Made by a program: the position numbers and the translations under genes. Positions 48,201-59,530 of a DNA stretch of 64,000 nucleotides are shown here, one piece after another; positions within the stretch are counted from its first letter, which is position 1, and each line of letters begins with the position of its first letter. Source of the stretch: Macrostomum lignano. Taxonomy: Eukaryota. A model generated the notes under the pieces. The model saw only the letters and a program-made list of their open reading frames with translations, made no database searches and had not been told where the DNA came from. Location of the stretch: contig NIVC01000217.1 of NCBI GenBank assembly GCA_002269645.1, forward strand, positions 682,001-746,000, in the 5' to 3' direction.

Positions 48201-51200
48201 TGCAATGGTTTGCATAGGCGCTAGCAACTTGTGCAAACCAGCTTTAGTGACCAGCCAACCCCTGCCTTTGTGCATCTGTTTGGGGCGGGCTGTACTTAGC
48301 CCCGCCCCCTCCGCTGGCTATTTAGCACGCCGTTTCAGCGTTGCGCTTAGTATTTTCGCTGCTATATTTTTTGCAAAAAATCTGCTGAATCATGTTTGAC
48401 TCTGAGGCCCAAATTGATCTGACAGTGCCTAGCATTGTAAAGGCATTACGTGAGAAACTTCAGAGCCTAGGACTCTCCGTGCAAGGCAACAAAGGCGAAC
48501 TTTTACAGCGACTGCGTACGTATCTAGATGGCATTGCGTCTGACCTCGAGAATGACGATGACGAAGATGTTCAACGGGTAGACTCTGATACGGCAACAAC
48601 GCGAAGAAAGCCCTGCAGCGCCACTGTGGAACAGCAGCAGCAGCCGGTGGCCAGGGTCAACCTCGAGGCAACTGGGGGATCAGCGTCTGGTGCAGCTGGC
48701 GGCCTGGACGACGAGCTGGCGGAGGCGGAGAAGCAGCTACGTCTGCTGAAACTGCGCAAGGAGGCTGCCCAGTTGCAAGCGGAAGTCAACGAGCTTCAGA
48801 AGACTGAGCCCCGGAAAAAGCCCGGTGAGTTGCTGATGAATCTGTGGTCTGACGATGAGGAGGAGGGGCAACGGGAGACCGCTAGACAGGAGACGTGCAA
48901 GGTGTTCCGGATCCCAGAGTTCATTAGCAAACGGAAACAACAGGACGCTGGTATCGCACAGTCACTGGACAGATCTGGTAAATTCGTCTTCTAAGTTAAA
49001 GAAAGTGCTATCGACTCGCTAAAGATGGGCGACTGGATCTCTGCAAACGCACGCATTATGTTAAAACTGTTAGATGATGGCACCTTGGTTAAAAGCGGGC
49101 CAGGAGCAGTGGGTCAACCTGACGTGTCGGGCTTGCGTGACTACCTGCGCTACACTATCCGCATTGGAGAGTTGTTCGACCTCGGCTTTGACAAGGCTCG
49201 CGTGATGAGGTTTGATGATGAATGCAGGCTGAGCCACACTGGCGGGTCGTCCTGGGAATCGCGCGGATCCAACCTAGGGCTCGTCGCGACCTACCTGATG
49301 GCTCCGATGAAGGTAACTGGTGCGAGCACGGACAAGTCGCTGAAGCGAAGTCAGAACCCGGTATGCTTCGATCACAACAAGGAGTCTGGATGCGCGAGGC
49401 GTAACTGCCGATTTTCTCACCGGTGTCGGCGCTGTGGGCTCGGCCACTCTGAGGCGATGGCACACAAGGATGGAAGTGGTGAAGCTGGGAGACCGCTGCA
49501 CTGACTGGGCATTAATTCTGCTTTTAACTCCCATGTTTTATCTACTGATTTGAACCTGAACGCTTGGATCGAGGAGTTGGAGTTGGTTGATTTGCCGCCT
49601 GTTAGGAAGAAGTTTATCCTGGATGGTGTTGCTGAGGGCTTTCGCATCACGAATGTGCAGCAGGAAGCCCGGAAACCAGTCGAGGTCAGCAATTACGAGT
49701 CTTTCACTGCCCACTTCGAAGCTGTTGAAGCACAGATTTTCATCTGGAGCTTCATCTGAACCGCTACCGCCCATGCATCAACGGGTGGCGGCCGCGGACT
49801 GTCAGTGCTCTGGGAGCCTTGCCCAAGGATGACGGTCGGGTGCGTTTAATCCACGACTGCAGTCGACCGTTAACGGTCAACGTTAAAACCGTCAACGGTC
49901 TATCCGTTAATTCCCGGTGGGACTTTGGTGCAAGTGCTGAAAGCCTTGCCAGAAAACTGTGGAAGGGCTGCTGCATGACCAGAGTTGACCTGAGTGAATC
50001 ATACTGCGCATGTGGCGTGCACCCGACGACTTTGTGAACACCGGCCTCAAATTCCAGTTTCACCACCAGTCTAGACCGACGTATCTGTACGACACGCGTT
50101 TGCCGTTTGGTGCAGCAGCTTCGGTCACGTGCTTTCACCGGCTTAGTAATGCTGTTCATCTAATGATGGTACGCCGTGGCTTTATCAATACGGAGTCCTA
50201 CCTGGACGACTTCGCCTTCTGCGGGACCCAGGAAAACTGCCAGCGCTTCTTTGACCAGCTGATCAACCTGCTGACGCGACTAGGCTTTACCATCAATCAA
50301 TCAAAGTGCCAGCCGCCATTGCAGCGAATGTCTTTTCTCGGCATTGAATTCGAAACGGTCGAAGGGATCAAGAAGCTGCCGGACGAGAAGGCAAAGAACC
50401 TGGTTGCGTTGATCGGTGTGGAGTCGGCCAAGGTGAGGATAAGCCAGCGGGCACTGCAACGAGTTATTGGAAAGCTAGGATGGGCAGCGCAGGTCATCAG
50501 CCGTGGAAAAACCTTTTTACGTGAGTTGATTGAGCGGTGTAACACTTTGAAGCGTGGGCAAAAGACGCTAGTCGACGCTGGACTGCGAAGTCAGTTGAAC
50601 TGGAGGAAGGTTGCACTGCAGTCTTGTAATTGGATGCGGCTGTGCTATGCGGGCGCCTTCGCGATCGAGTCTGATGCGTGTGGTAGCGGTGGTGCGGCGC
50701 CGTTGCGTGGTGCAGGCGGTTGGTGGGACTGGTGTTAATTGGACTGGAAGAAGGATGCGGATGCTGTTTTCGCGGAGCTGCCAATTAATTACAAAGAGGC
50801 AGCGGCCCCCCTGTTGGCGCTGATGCGGTGGAAGGATGAGCTAAGAGGCTGCAAGGTGAACATCTACTGCGACAACCAGGCGGCATGCTACATCATAAAC
50901 AAAGGTATTTTAAAGTGTCCGGAACTGCAGCGGCTGCTGCAGACAGTTGCGCTGATGAGTTTGCGCTTCGGCATTAGCGTTCGTGCTTTTTATGTTCCGG
51001 GTGAATTTCAGATATTTGCAGATGCCGCCTCACACCTTCATGAGCTTAATCAGTCGAAAATTTTTTTACTCCGTTGTTTTGGGTCGATTTGCCTTTATGT
51101 ACTCCAAACGCTGCATCTACACGCTTTTGGCTCGGCCACCGCCTCTTTTCTTCATTTTCAGGCCGCCAAGCTGCACCAGACTCTCTCAGCGGCCGCGCTG

Positions 51201-52134
51201 CACAGCTGCTGAACGCCGCCTATGCGCCGAGGTCACGACAAGCAGTCAACAGGCACGTGCGCGAGTGGCGGGAGTTCTGCCGTCAATCTGGCTGGGACCC
51301 GCTGTGCTGCAACATCTCTAGTCTGCTCAACTTTATTTCCAGCCTTGTCGGCACGCGCCTGCATGCCTACAGCAGCATCTCAGCGGTCGCCAGTTCTCGG
51401 TCTGGTTCCGATTAAACTCCGCACCAGACCTGACCAAGCATGCCGCCACTGTTCACTTATTGCGTGGTGCCAAGCGGGTCCTCGGACTGCGTGCTTGTCG
51501 GAAAAGGCCGGTGTCGCCCACGATGCTGATGCGGATGCGAAGGCTGGTGGACGATTCTGATGGATGGCAGCTGGCCTGCTGGGCTGTGACCATCTGGGAA
51601 ATGCTGCAAAAGTCCAGCCTACTCCCCTGAACTGGAAAGGGCCCGGCACTGAGGCGGCGCGCTGATCTGTTCAAGCATCCGAAAGGTCTGGTTCTTCGCT
51701 GCGAGTTCGGCAAGACGATCCAGTTCAAGGAGCGCAGTCACCGAGTGCTCCTGCCGAGGCTGTCACATCGGCCCGCTCTGTGCCCGGTGAGAGCTGTCGA
51801 GCTGCACGTTCGTGCCAGCGGAGCGCGCACCGCTGATTCGCCGCTTTGGTCGTACCGCGACGGCAGGAGCGGCCAGCGCCTGCTAACCTGGACCGCTTCC
51901 TCCGCGAGAAATTTTCTGCGGCTGGCTTCAGAAAGGGTTCAGTGTTTTCGCTGCTATAATTTTTTTTCTTACGCATGAACATTTAATTTTAAACTCCAAT
52001 ACTTGTCTTTTTTTATAACAATATACGCTCGTATAGTTAGTCGGAGGCCGCTTCGCTTTGTGCGCTCCGCTTTGCTTTCGCTCTCGCTTGGCCAAATTGC
52101 CGTCTTCTGCTTTCGTGGGGGCTGGTCACTAAAG
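48201..52134 (+). mobile_element. Decayed DIRS/Ngaro-type tyrosine-recombinase retrotransposon
   Basis: Gag-like region with a SAP-like motif (LREKLQSLGLSVQGNKGELLQRL) and a Cys/His finger; RT (RLIHDCS, LPFG, YLDDF); RNaseH-like (ESDAC, IYCDN); YR (LLRGAKRVLG, KTIQFKER, LCPVRA). Stops and frameshifts; 15-bp ITR at 48242-48256 and 52120-52134. Confidence 0.88.
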
Positions 52135-52763
52135 TAAAAGAAGCGTCATGTAAACAATCGTATAAGTGTCATGAAAAAATCATGTAAGCGTCTTGTAAAA
52201 AGTAAAAGAAGCGTCATGTAAAAATGATAGAAGCGTTATGTAAAAAATGATAGAAGCGTCATGTAAAAAGTAATAAAATCGTCATGTAAAAAATCGTAGA
52301 AGCGTCATTGAAAAATAGACGAAACGTCGCATAAAACTGTGCTGTGACTGTTAGGGAGAATTCATGAGATGTCAAGGCTCACGGAGAATAACTGTTGGCA
52401 AAAGCCAGAAGCTACATGTAGTTTACTCAAATGTTTTATTACATTCTTGTTGGCTCGCCACGGGGAGGGGCGCTGATAGAAGAAGCGTCATGAAAAAAGA
52501 AAAGAAGTGTATTGGATTTGGAGTGCCTGCGTACCGACCCTCTGCTATGTGTAGCGTCGCCAGTGTACACTTGGCGGTCCCCGTCTCAGAGTGTGTTGGG
52601 GTGGGGTTGATGTGCGTGAGGCGTTGTTGAGTCAGAGAGTTGGAGAGAGAGAACATCGATTTAATTTAATATATAAGCAATAATTTAGCCACAGGGCTCA
52701 TTTACCTGTTTTTTTGTTAAAGTCTAACCCTCAGATTTATTAGACTTAATTATTTCTTTAACA

Positions 52764-52775
52764 TGGCGCCCGAAC
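52764..52775 (+). promoter_or_regulatory. Primer-binding site, tRNA-Lys(UUU) type
   Basis: TGGCGCCCGAAC directly after the 5' LTR equals the first 12 nt of the canonical Lys3 PBS. Confidence 0.8.
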
Positions 52776-52845
52776 CAAAATCACAGTAAAATCAAGCAGT
52801 GAGCGCAAGAGTGCTACAGTGACTCAGCGATTTTTCAACAACAGC

Positions 52846-55800
52846 ATGGACTCCAGGAAGAGAGGCGTGTTACGAGCGACGGTCACCAGACTGGCACAGA
52901 AAGCCGAAGACCTGCTCAAAACAGATGCTGCTGAAGATGAAATCGACAGCGTTCTAGAGGCTCTACGGTTCAAGAAGCAGCAGCTCCAAGCAGCAGATGA
53001 AGAGCTCGCCGCGGAGGTTGACGAGAAGGACGTGCAGGCTGAAGCAGAGACGACAATGGAGTACGACCTGCTGGCTGGCAAATTGATCTCGAACCTCACC
53101 AGACGGCTCCAGGAGCTTCAGACCGCGCGGACCGGCACGCCGCAGGCAACAAATCTGCTGCAGAATACAGCCATACAGACGACGACTTCGTCCAAGTCTT
53201 CGGAAGAGAATTCTTCAACGACAAGGACTCAGACTGCCATCAGGTTGCCAAAACTGCCGCCACCGTCATTCAGTGGCGATCGGACCCAATGGACGGAATT
53301 CTGGGACCGCTTCAACTCCAGTATCCATGACAACCCGAGCCTGAGTGTCGTCGACAAATTCAGCTACCTGCAGTCGTGTCTGTCTGGGGAAGCCCGAAAC
53401 TCGATCGCTGGTCTCAACATCACGAAGGACAACTACCATATCGCCATCGACAACCTGCAACGACGATTTGGATCCCGCAACGGAGCCGTGCGCGAGCACC
53501 TGGCAAAGTTCTCGGTGCTGACCTGCTCCAGTTCGTCGGCACAGCACCTGAGGAATTTCTACGACCAAGTCAATGGAAATGTCCGCAGTCTGACGAATCT
53601 CGGGGTGAGTGTCGAATCTTACGAGTCCATGTTGCTGCCCAACTTGCTGGCGAAGCTGCCGGAAGTCGTTCGTCTCGGGATGCTGAGAACTGCTCGGATT
53701 GCTTCCGTCGGTTATTCCTTTGGTAGCAGCTTGTCGCAGATGAGGGATGGCAATGGCTTAGATTCTGTGACGGAGTTTCTTCAGGTCTTGGAAATGGAGA
53801 TTTTAGTCCGGGAGGAGGCGGCCGTTGGAGCTGCAGGGCAGACGTCCGGTTCCAATGGAGCGTCCAAGACTGCTGGTGAGAAACAGACAAGGGATGGCGG
53901 CACAGTGGCTGCGCTTCACACGAAGGTCAAAAAGGTCAGCACGGCTTGTCCCTTCTGCGAAACTGAACATGCTCCAGAGAAGTGCACTCGCCTGGTAGAC
54001 GTTGCGGCACGACTCCAGTTTTTGAAGGAGCAGAGGCGTTGCTTCAGCTGTCTCTGCAAGGGACACAGCGTCAAGACCTGCTACCACAAGAAGCAATGTG
54101 AATTCTGCCAGATGAAGCATCACCCAAGTCTCTGTAGCGCACGCATGGAGAAGCTGCAGGGTAAGGATGGACCGAAGGCACCCGGCTCCACACTTGGAAA
54201 GGTGGGAGAAGACCGGAAGAAGTCCGAGCAGGCTGCTGCACAGAATGTGAAGAGTCAAGAAGTGAAGACCATGGCTATGGTGACAAAAGCTCAAACAGTG
54301 ATCCTTCCAACAGCGGGAGCTGTACTGATTTCGACTGTTAACAATCAGGAGACTCCGGTGCGAATTCTCTTTGACTCTGCAAGCAACCGTTCGTTCATCT
54401 TGACCAGCTTGGCTGAGAAGATGGGGCTCCAGGTCATGGGCAGAGAGACGATGGAGGTGACAACATTCGGTGGCACAGAGGCCAAGGTGCTGCAGACTGC
54501 GATGGTCGAGTTCAAGCTTCGGAAATCTGACAGCACCGCCCAGTTCACAGTGCGCGCCAACACAGTGCCTTACATCTGCTCTCATCAGCCAGTTGTCAGC
54601 AGCTTGTGCATGAAGCACTTTCAACACCTCGACATGGCAGACTGGGACATCGGTGGTGAACAGAATCCCGAGATCAGTATCCTCATCGGAGCTGACCAAT
54701 TCTACGACCTCGTCACAGGTCAAGTGATTCGCTCAGAGGTCGGCTCCGGTCCAGTTGCCGTATCCAGTCAGCTCGGTTGGCTGCTGTGCGGGTCACTGTC
54801 ATATGGGATCGCCGCAAGTGAGCTAGAGACCAGGTCAGAGCAGGTTCTTCTCTGCTGTGCTCAAGGAGCGGAGAAAGGTCTGGACAGCAGCACCATCGAG
54901 GCGTTCTGGACTTTAGAAGGTCTCGGCATCAGAAGTGCAGCCGAGCCTGATCAGCGTCCACTGACTCTGAATGCCCAGTTCCAAGAGGGTCGCTACTCAG
55001 TTCAGCTGCCGTGGAAGATTCCCAAAAAGGAATTAAGATTGCCCGACAACTTCGAGGTAGCGTTCAAGAGACTAAAGACCAATCTGACGAGGCTGCGTCG
55101 TGAGCCTGCGCTACTTCAGGAGTACCACCGCATTCTGACCAGTCAGAAGGAAGCTGGCGTAGTCGAAGAAGCTCCAGATGGGACCAGCGATCTCATCCAC
55201 TACCTACCCCACCGAGCCGTAATCCGTCCTGAAGCTGAATCGACCAAAGTTCGAGTGGTTTTCGACGCGAGTGCCAAGCGAGATCAGTGCAGTCCATCGC
55301 TGAATGACTGTCTGGAAACAGGAACCTGTTCGTTGGCCGAGATTCCGCGACTGCTTCAGGCATTTCGACTTCATCCGATCGCCTTGACTGCCGATATTGA
55401 GAAGGCTTTTTTGCAGATCCGAATTGCAGAAGACGACCGCGATGCTCTACGATTCCTCTGGCCACGGGATCCCAGTCAAGCTGATTCACCTCTCGTTGTT
55501 CTGCGCTACGCTGCTCTGGTGTTCGGACTCACCTGCTCACCTGCCGTCCTGGAGACTGTCATTCAACACCACTTGGCATCTCACCGAGGCCAGCATGCAG
55601 AGTTCGTGGATAAGGTGTCCAAAGAAATCTATGTGGACAACCTGATCTCTGGGTGCGTGGATGAACAGCAGGCCCTGGATCTCATCCAAAAATCACGGCA
55701 CATATTCCAACAGGCCGGAATGAATCTGCGACACTGGCAGTCCAACAGCAAGAATGTATTGAAAGCGGTTCGCGCCAGCACACTAGACAGTGATGTTCTT

Positions 55801-58296
55801 GCTCCGGCGTTGTCGGCGGTGACAAAGGACATCACGGAGGACCCCTCCAGCTATTCAGCCGCCTCCTTGGGCGAAGATGGCGTATCGTCAAAAGTCCTCG
55901 GGCTGCGATGGGAGACAGGATCGGACGTGTTCGTGCTGCAGTTTTCTCCGCCAGAAGATTTGCTCAAGGCGTCGCCCTCCAAGCGTGTCGTGCTACAGCT
56001 GCTGGCCCGTGTCTACGATCCTCTGGGCTTCCTGGTTCCGCTGCTTACGTTGCCGAAATCGATGTTCCAGAAGCTGTGCGTTGAAAAGATCGCTTGGGAC
56101 TGCCCGCTAAAGGAGCCGATTAAGCAGCAGTGGCTGAAGTGGTTGCAGGAGATGCTGGCAGGTCGATTTCAAGTTCCAAGGTTGGTGCTTTCGGCGACGA
56201 AGGAGGTCGAGGAGATACAGCTGCATGGGTTCTGTGATGCGTCAATCAAATGCTATGCGGCGTGTCTTTACCTGCGAGTGCAGTACACCGATGGTTCCGT
56301 CAGCTGCAACCTGGTGGCCGCCAAGGCGAGAGTGGCTCCACTGTCGGTTCTTTCAATTCCTCGGCTCGAACTCCTGGGTGCCTTGATACTCGCCAGACTG
56401 TTGACATCATCCATGAGTCAGTATCCTCAGGTTCGCCAGGTGTTTTGCTGGACAGACAGTGCCGACACGCTCTACTGGATCCGGCAGCACAGACCCTGGA
56501 AGCTCTTTGTTCATAATCGGGTGACGGAGATCCGCCGCCTGGTGCCAGAGGATGCCTGGAGACATGTCCCAGGCGAGGAGAATCCGGCGGACGTTGCATC
56601 TCGAGGAACATCAGCGAGCAAGTTGAAGGCGGACGACAGCTGGTGGCACGGTCCAGACTGGCTGGCACGACCTCCTGACGATTGGCCCGACCAATCCTTT
56701 CTCAGCTTACCGACAGCGGCAGTTGCCGAGGAGCAGAAGACACAAGCGAACCGTCCAGTTGTTCTGCTAACTGAAGCCGGTCCTGACATCAGTCTACAGG
56801 AAGTTCTCAATGACACGAACTTCTCATCCTGGATCAAGCTGATTCGGGTGACAGCCTATGTCCTACGCTTCGTCAGAAACCTGCAAGCTAGAACTTCTGC
56901 AGCGGGGGAGGAGCGAGTGGGACCACTGGCTGCAGCAGAAGTCCTTGAAGTTGAAGAGCGCTGGCTGCGAGAAGTGCAGAGACGGAGTTTTCAAGCCGAA
57001 ATTGCTCACATTCAGGAGTCAGCGGCCAGTACAGATCTCAGCAGGCAGTTGAATCTTTTTCTCGACAACAAGAGTATTCTCCGAAGCCAAGGTCGATTGA
57101 AGGAGTCCAACGCCTCTGCCGAGGTTGACTGTCCGATTCTGATCCCGAGCAAGTCACACCTGGAGCTTCTTCTCATCTGGGACGCTCACGCCAAGGTTCT
57201 GCACGGGGGAGTGCCCAGCACTCTTTGTAAGCTGCGAGAGAGATTCTGGCTAATCAGAGGAAGACAGCGAGTCAAGTCGATCCTGAGAAGTTGCTTTGTC
57301 TGCAGACGTCTTCAAGGACTACCATATGCAGTGAAGCAAATCCCAGCCTTACCTGAAGCACGCGTGAAGTCTGGGAGAGCCTTTGAGTGGTGCGGACTCG
57401 ACTACTGCGGACCTGTCAAACTGATGGAGGACACAGAGATCGAGAAAGGCTATATCCTGGTTTTCACCTGTGCGGCCACGCGAGCCCTTCACCTGGAACT
57501 GGTGAGCGACTTGACGACCGAGACCTTCCTGCGAGCCCTCCGACGGTTCTGTGCTCGGAGAGGAATTCCCAATCTCATCAGTGACAACGCCAAGACATTC
57601 ACCAAGGCTGCCAAAATACTTCAGGCGTCGGAGAGTCGACAAGTTCAAGACTTCTGCGCCACCAGGAAAATCACCTGGCAATTCATCGTCGAACGCGCAC
57701 CGTGGCAAGGAGGCTTCTGGGAGCGACTGATGAGGGACATCAAGCTGGCTTTGCGCAAGACCATCCTCAACGCAACCCTGACGCTGGACGAACTGCGGAC
57801 AGTGCTAATGGAGGTGGAAGCGGTGCTCAACAGTCGGCCTCTACTCTACGTGGATGCCGAAACCAACGGAGAAGTCCTGACGCCGGCGCACTTTCTGGTC
57901 CTGCAACGGCTGACGGCGGAGCCAACTTCTAGCGGTACGCCCGAGCTCCTGCTGCCGTTGCCAACACTGCTGAGGCGAATGCGCGCCAGACTGCAAGCCT
58001 TCTGGGACTGCTGGGAGCGACAGTATCTGACCAGCCTGCGAGAACATAATCTAAGTCCCAAGCATGGCGTAACTCGAGAAGCTACGGCCGGCGACATCGT
58101 CCTGGTGAAAGGTGAGGCCGGGCAGCCGAGGCTTACCTGGTGTACCGGTGTCATCGAGTCGGTGCATCCTGGCCGAGACGGGGCGGTGAGATCTGCAACG
58201 GTTCGAGTCGCGCCCAGACCTGGCCGCGGTCCCAGGAGATGCTTGATTCGCCGACCGGTGAAGAACCTGATTTTGCTGGAAGCTGTGACTGAATGA
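52846..58296 (+). CDS. BEL/Pao gag-pol polyprotein (gag, zinc knuckles, aspartic protease, RT, RNase H, integrase)
   Basis: LPKLPPPSFSGDRTQWTEFWDRF, CPFC..H..C, LFDSAS, RVVFDAS, IYVDN, LHGFCDAS, IPRLEL, GLDYCGP, SDNA, GGFWERL; first ATG at 52846. Confidence 0.95.
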   Translation: MDSRKRGVLRATVTRLAQKAEDLLKTDAAEDEIDSVLEALRFKKQQLQAADEELAAEVDEKDVQAEAETTMEYDLLAGKLISNLTRRLQELQTARTGTPQATNLLQNTAIQTTTSSKSSEENSSTTRTQTAIRLPKLPPPSFSGDRTQWTEFWDRFNSSIHDNPSLSVVDKFSYLQSCLSGEARNSIAGLNITKDNYHIAIDNLQRRFGSRNGAVREHLAKFSVLTCSSSSAQHLRNFYDQVNGNVRSLTNLGVSVESYESMLLPNLLAKLPEVVRLGMLRTARIASVGYSFGSSLSQMRDGNGLDSVTEFLQVLEMEILVREEAAVGAAGQTSGSNGASKTAGEKQTRDGGTVAALHTKVKKVSTACPFCETEHAPEKCTRLVDVAARLQFLKEQRRCFSCLCKGHSVKTCYHKKQCEFCQMKHHPSLCSARMEKLQGKDGPKAPGSTLGKVGEDRKKSEQAAAQNVKSQEVKTMAMVTKAQTVILPTAGAVLISTVNNQETPVRILFDSASNRSFILTSLAEKMGLQVMGRETMEVTTFGGTEAKVLQTAMVEFKLRKSDSTAQFTVRANTVPYICSHQPVVSSLCMKHFQHLDMADWDIGGEQNPEISILIGADQFYDLVTGQVIRSEVGSGPVAVSSQLGWLLCGSLSYGIAASELETRSEQVLLCCAQGAEKGLDSSTIEAFWTLEGLGIRSAAEPDQRPLTLNAQFQEGRYSVQLPWKIPKKELRLPDNFEVAFKRLKTNLTRLRREPALLQEYHRILTSQKEAGVVEEAPDGTSDLIHYLPHRAVIRPEAESTKVRVVFDASAKRDQCSPSLNDCLETGTCSLAEIPRLLQAFRLHPIALTADIEKAFLQIRIAEDDRDALRFLWPRDPSQADSPLVVLRYAALVFGLTCSPAVLETVIQHHLASHRGQHAEFVDKVSKEIYVDNLISGCVDEQQALDLIQKSRHIFQQAGMNLRHWQSNSKNVLKAVRASTLDSDVLAPALSAVTKDITEDPSSYSAASLGEDGVSSKVLGLRWETGSDVFVLQFSPPEDLLKASPSKRVVLQLLARVYDPLGFLVPLLTLPKSMFQKLCVEKIAWDCPLKEPIKQQWLKWLQEMLAGRFQVPRLVLSATKEVEEIQLHGFCDASIKCYAACLYLRVQYTDGSVSCNLVAAKARVAPLSVLSIPRLELLGALILARLLTSSMSQYPQVRQVFCWTDSADTLYWIRQHRPWKLFVHNRVTEIRRLVPEDAWRHVPGEENPADVASRGTSASKLKADDSWWHGPDWLARPPDDWPDQSFLSLPTAAVAEEQKTQANRPVVLLTEAGPDISLQEVLNDTNFSSWIKLIRVTAYVLRFVRNLQARTSAAGEERVGPLAAAEVLEVEERWLREVQRRSFQAEIAHIQESAASTDLSRQLNLFLDNKSILRSQGRLKESNASAEVDCPILIPSKSHLELLLIWDAHAKVLHGGVPSTLCKLRERFWLIRGRQRVKSILRSCFVCRRLQGLPYAVKQIPALPEARVKSGRAFEWCGLDYCGPVKLMEDTEIEKGYILVFTCAATRALHLELVSDLTTETFLRALRRFCARRGIPNLISDNAKTFTKAAKILQASESRQVQDFCATRKITWQFIVERAPWQGGFWERLMRDIKLALRKTILNATLTLDELRTVLMEVEAVLNSRPLLYVDAETNGEVLTPAHFLVLQRLTAEPTSSGTPELLLPLPTLLRRMRARLQAFWDCWERQYLTSLREHNLSPKHGVTREATAGDIVLVKGEAGQPRLTWCTGVIESVHPGRDGAVRSATVRVAPRPGRGPRRCLIRRPVKNLILLEAVTE

Positions 58297-58646
58297 ACTT
58301 AAGTAACTGACTTTCAATGACTGTTCTAATCGTTGTTTCGAGTTTCTGTTTAGTTTTAGTTCGCAGTAATTTTCACTCCCTCCGAGAGCCCTCCGAGCCC
58401 TCCGGAGCCCTCCGACTTCACGCGTTTTTTTTGAGTTTCGTTTTCCCTTTGTTCCTACTTTTTCGTTAACTCAGTACTCTGGTGATGGTGTGTCACATTT
58501 TTAGTCATCAAGTCTGTTGTAATGTTGGAGCGTTTTTTGTTGTTCGTTTGTTTTTTGCTATTCGTTTCGTTTAATTTCATTTAAGTTAATAGCGAGTTTC
58601 TTTTTTCGAATATCAATGTTAAGTACTGTAATGATGAAGCATCATT

Positions 58647-58654
58647 AGGGGGAG
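58647..58654 (+). promoter_or_regulatory. Polypurine tract
   Basis: Purine run AGGGGGAG immediately before the 3' LTR. Confidence 0.75.
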
Positions 58655-59169
58655 TGTATTGGATTTGGAGTGCCTGCGTACCGACCCTCTGCTATGTGTA
58701 GCGTCGCCAGTGTACACTTGGCGGTCCCCGTCTCAGAGTGTGTTGGGGTGGGGTTGATGTGCGTGAGGCGTTGTTGAGTCAGAGAGTTGGAGAGAGAGAA
58801 CATCGATTTAATTTAATATATAAGCAATAATTTAGCCACAGGGCTCATTTACCTGTTTTTTTGTTAAAGTCTAACCCTCAGATTTATTAGACTTAATTAT
58901 TTCTTTAACAAGAAGCATTATGTAGAGATAAAAGAAGAGTCATGTCGAAGTTAAAAGATTGATGCGATGTCAAGGCTTTGAGGGAATCGCTATTATGCTG
59001 TGATTCTTAGGGGGGGGGGTGACTAATATGCCAAGGCTTAGGGAAGAAGAATTTCTGAGATGTCAAGGCTCACAAGGGATTGCTGAGGTTATTGCAAAGA
59101 GAAGCTGTTAGTTAAACAGGTAGTGTAAACCACGTAGTTTACTCAAAGGTAGAAAGCCTTGACAAGAAA

Positions 59170-59530
59170 GCATCATGTCAAACATAAAAGAAACGTCATG
59201 TCAAACATAAAAGAAACGTAATGTCAAACATAAAGGAAACGTAATATCAAACATAAAAGAAGCGTAATGTCAAACATAAAAGAAGCGTCATGTCAAACAT
59301 AAAAGAAACGTAATGTCAAACATAAAAGAAACGTAATGTCAAACATAAATGAAACGTAATGTCAAACATAAAAGAAACGTAATGTCAAACATAAAAGAAA
59401 CGTAATGTCAAACATAAAAGAAACGTAATGTTAAACATAAAAGAAACGTCATGTCAAACATAAAAGAAACCTCATGTCAAAAATAAAAGAAACGTCATGT
59501 CAGACATAAAAAAAGCGTCATGTAAAAAGC
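59170..59530. repeat. 23-bp satellite variant (aaagaaacgtaatgtcaaacata)
   Basis: Directly visible; related to the 47455 array. Confidence 0.9.

Larger units (their letters stand above)
52508..58910 (+). mobile_element. Full-length BEL/Pao LTR retrotransposon
   Basis: 256-bp LTRs (52508-52763, 58655-58910) with TG...CA ends that appear identical; TSD AGAAG; PBS; PPT; single gag-pol ORF. Confidence 0.97.

Noticed and set aside
53266-58317. Short antisense and alternate-frame ORFs within the BEL/Pao element (likewise within the channel and PAN-LamG genes)
   Set aside because: Shadow ORFs of GC-rich coding sequence with no recognisable motifs.
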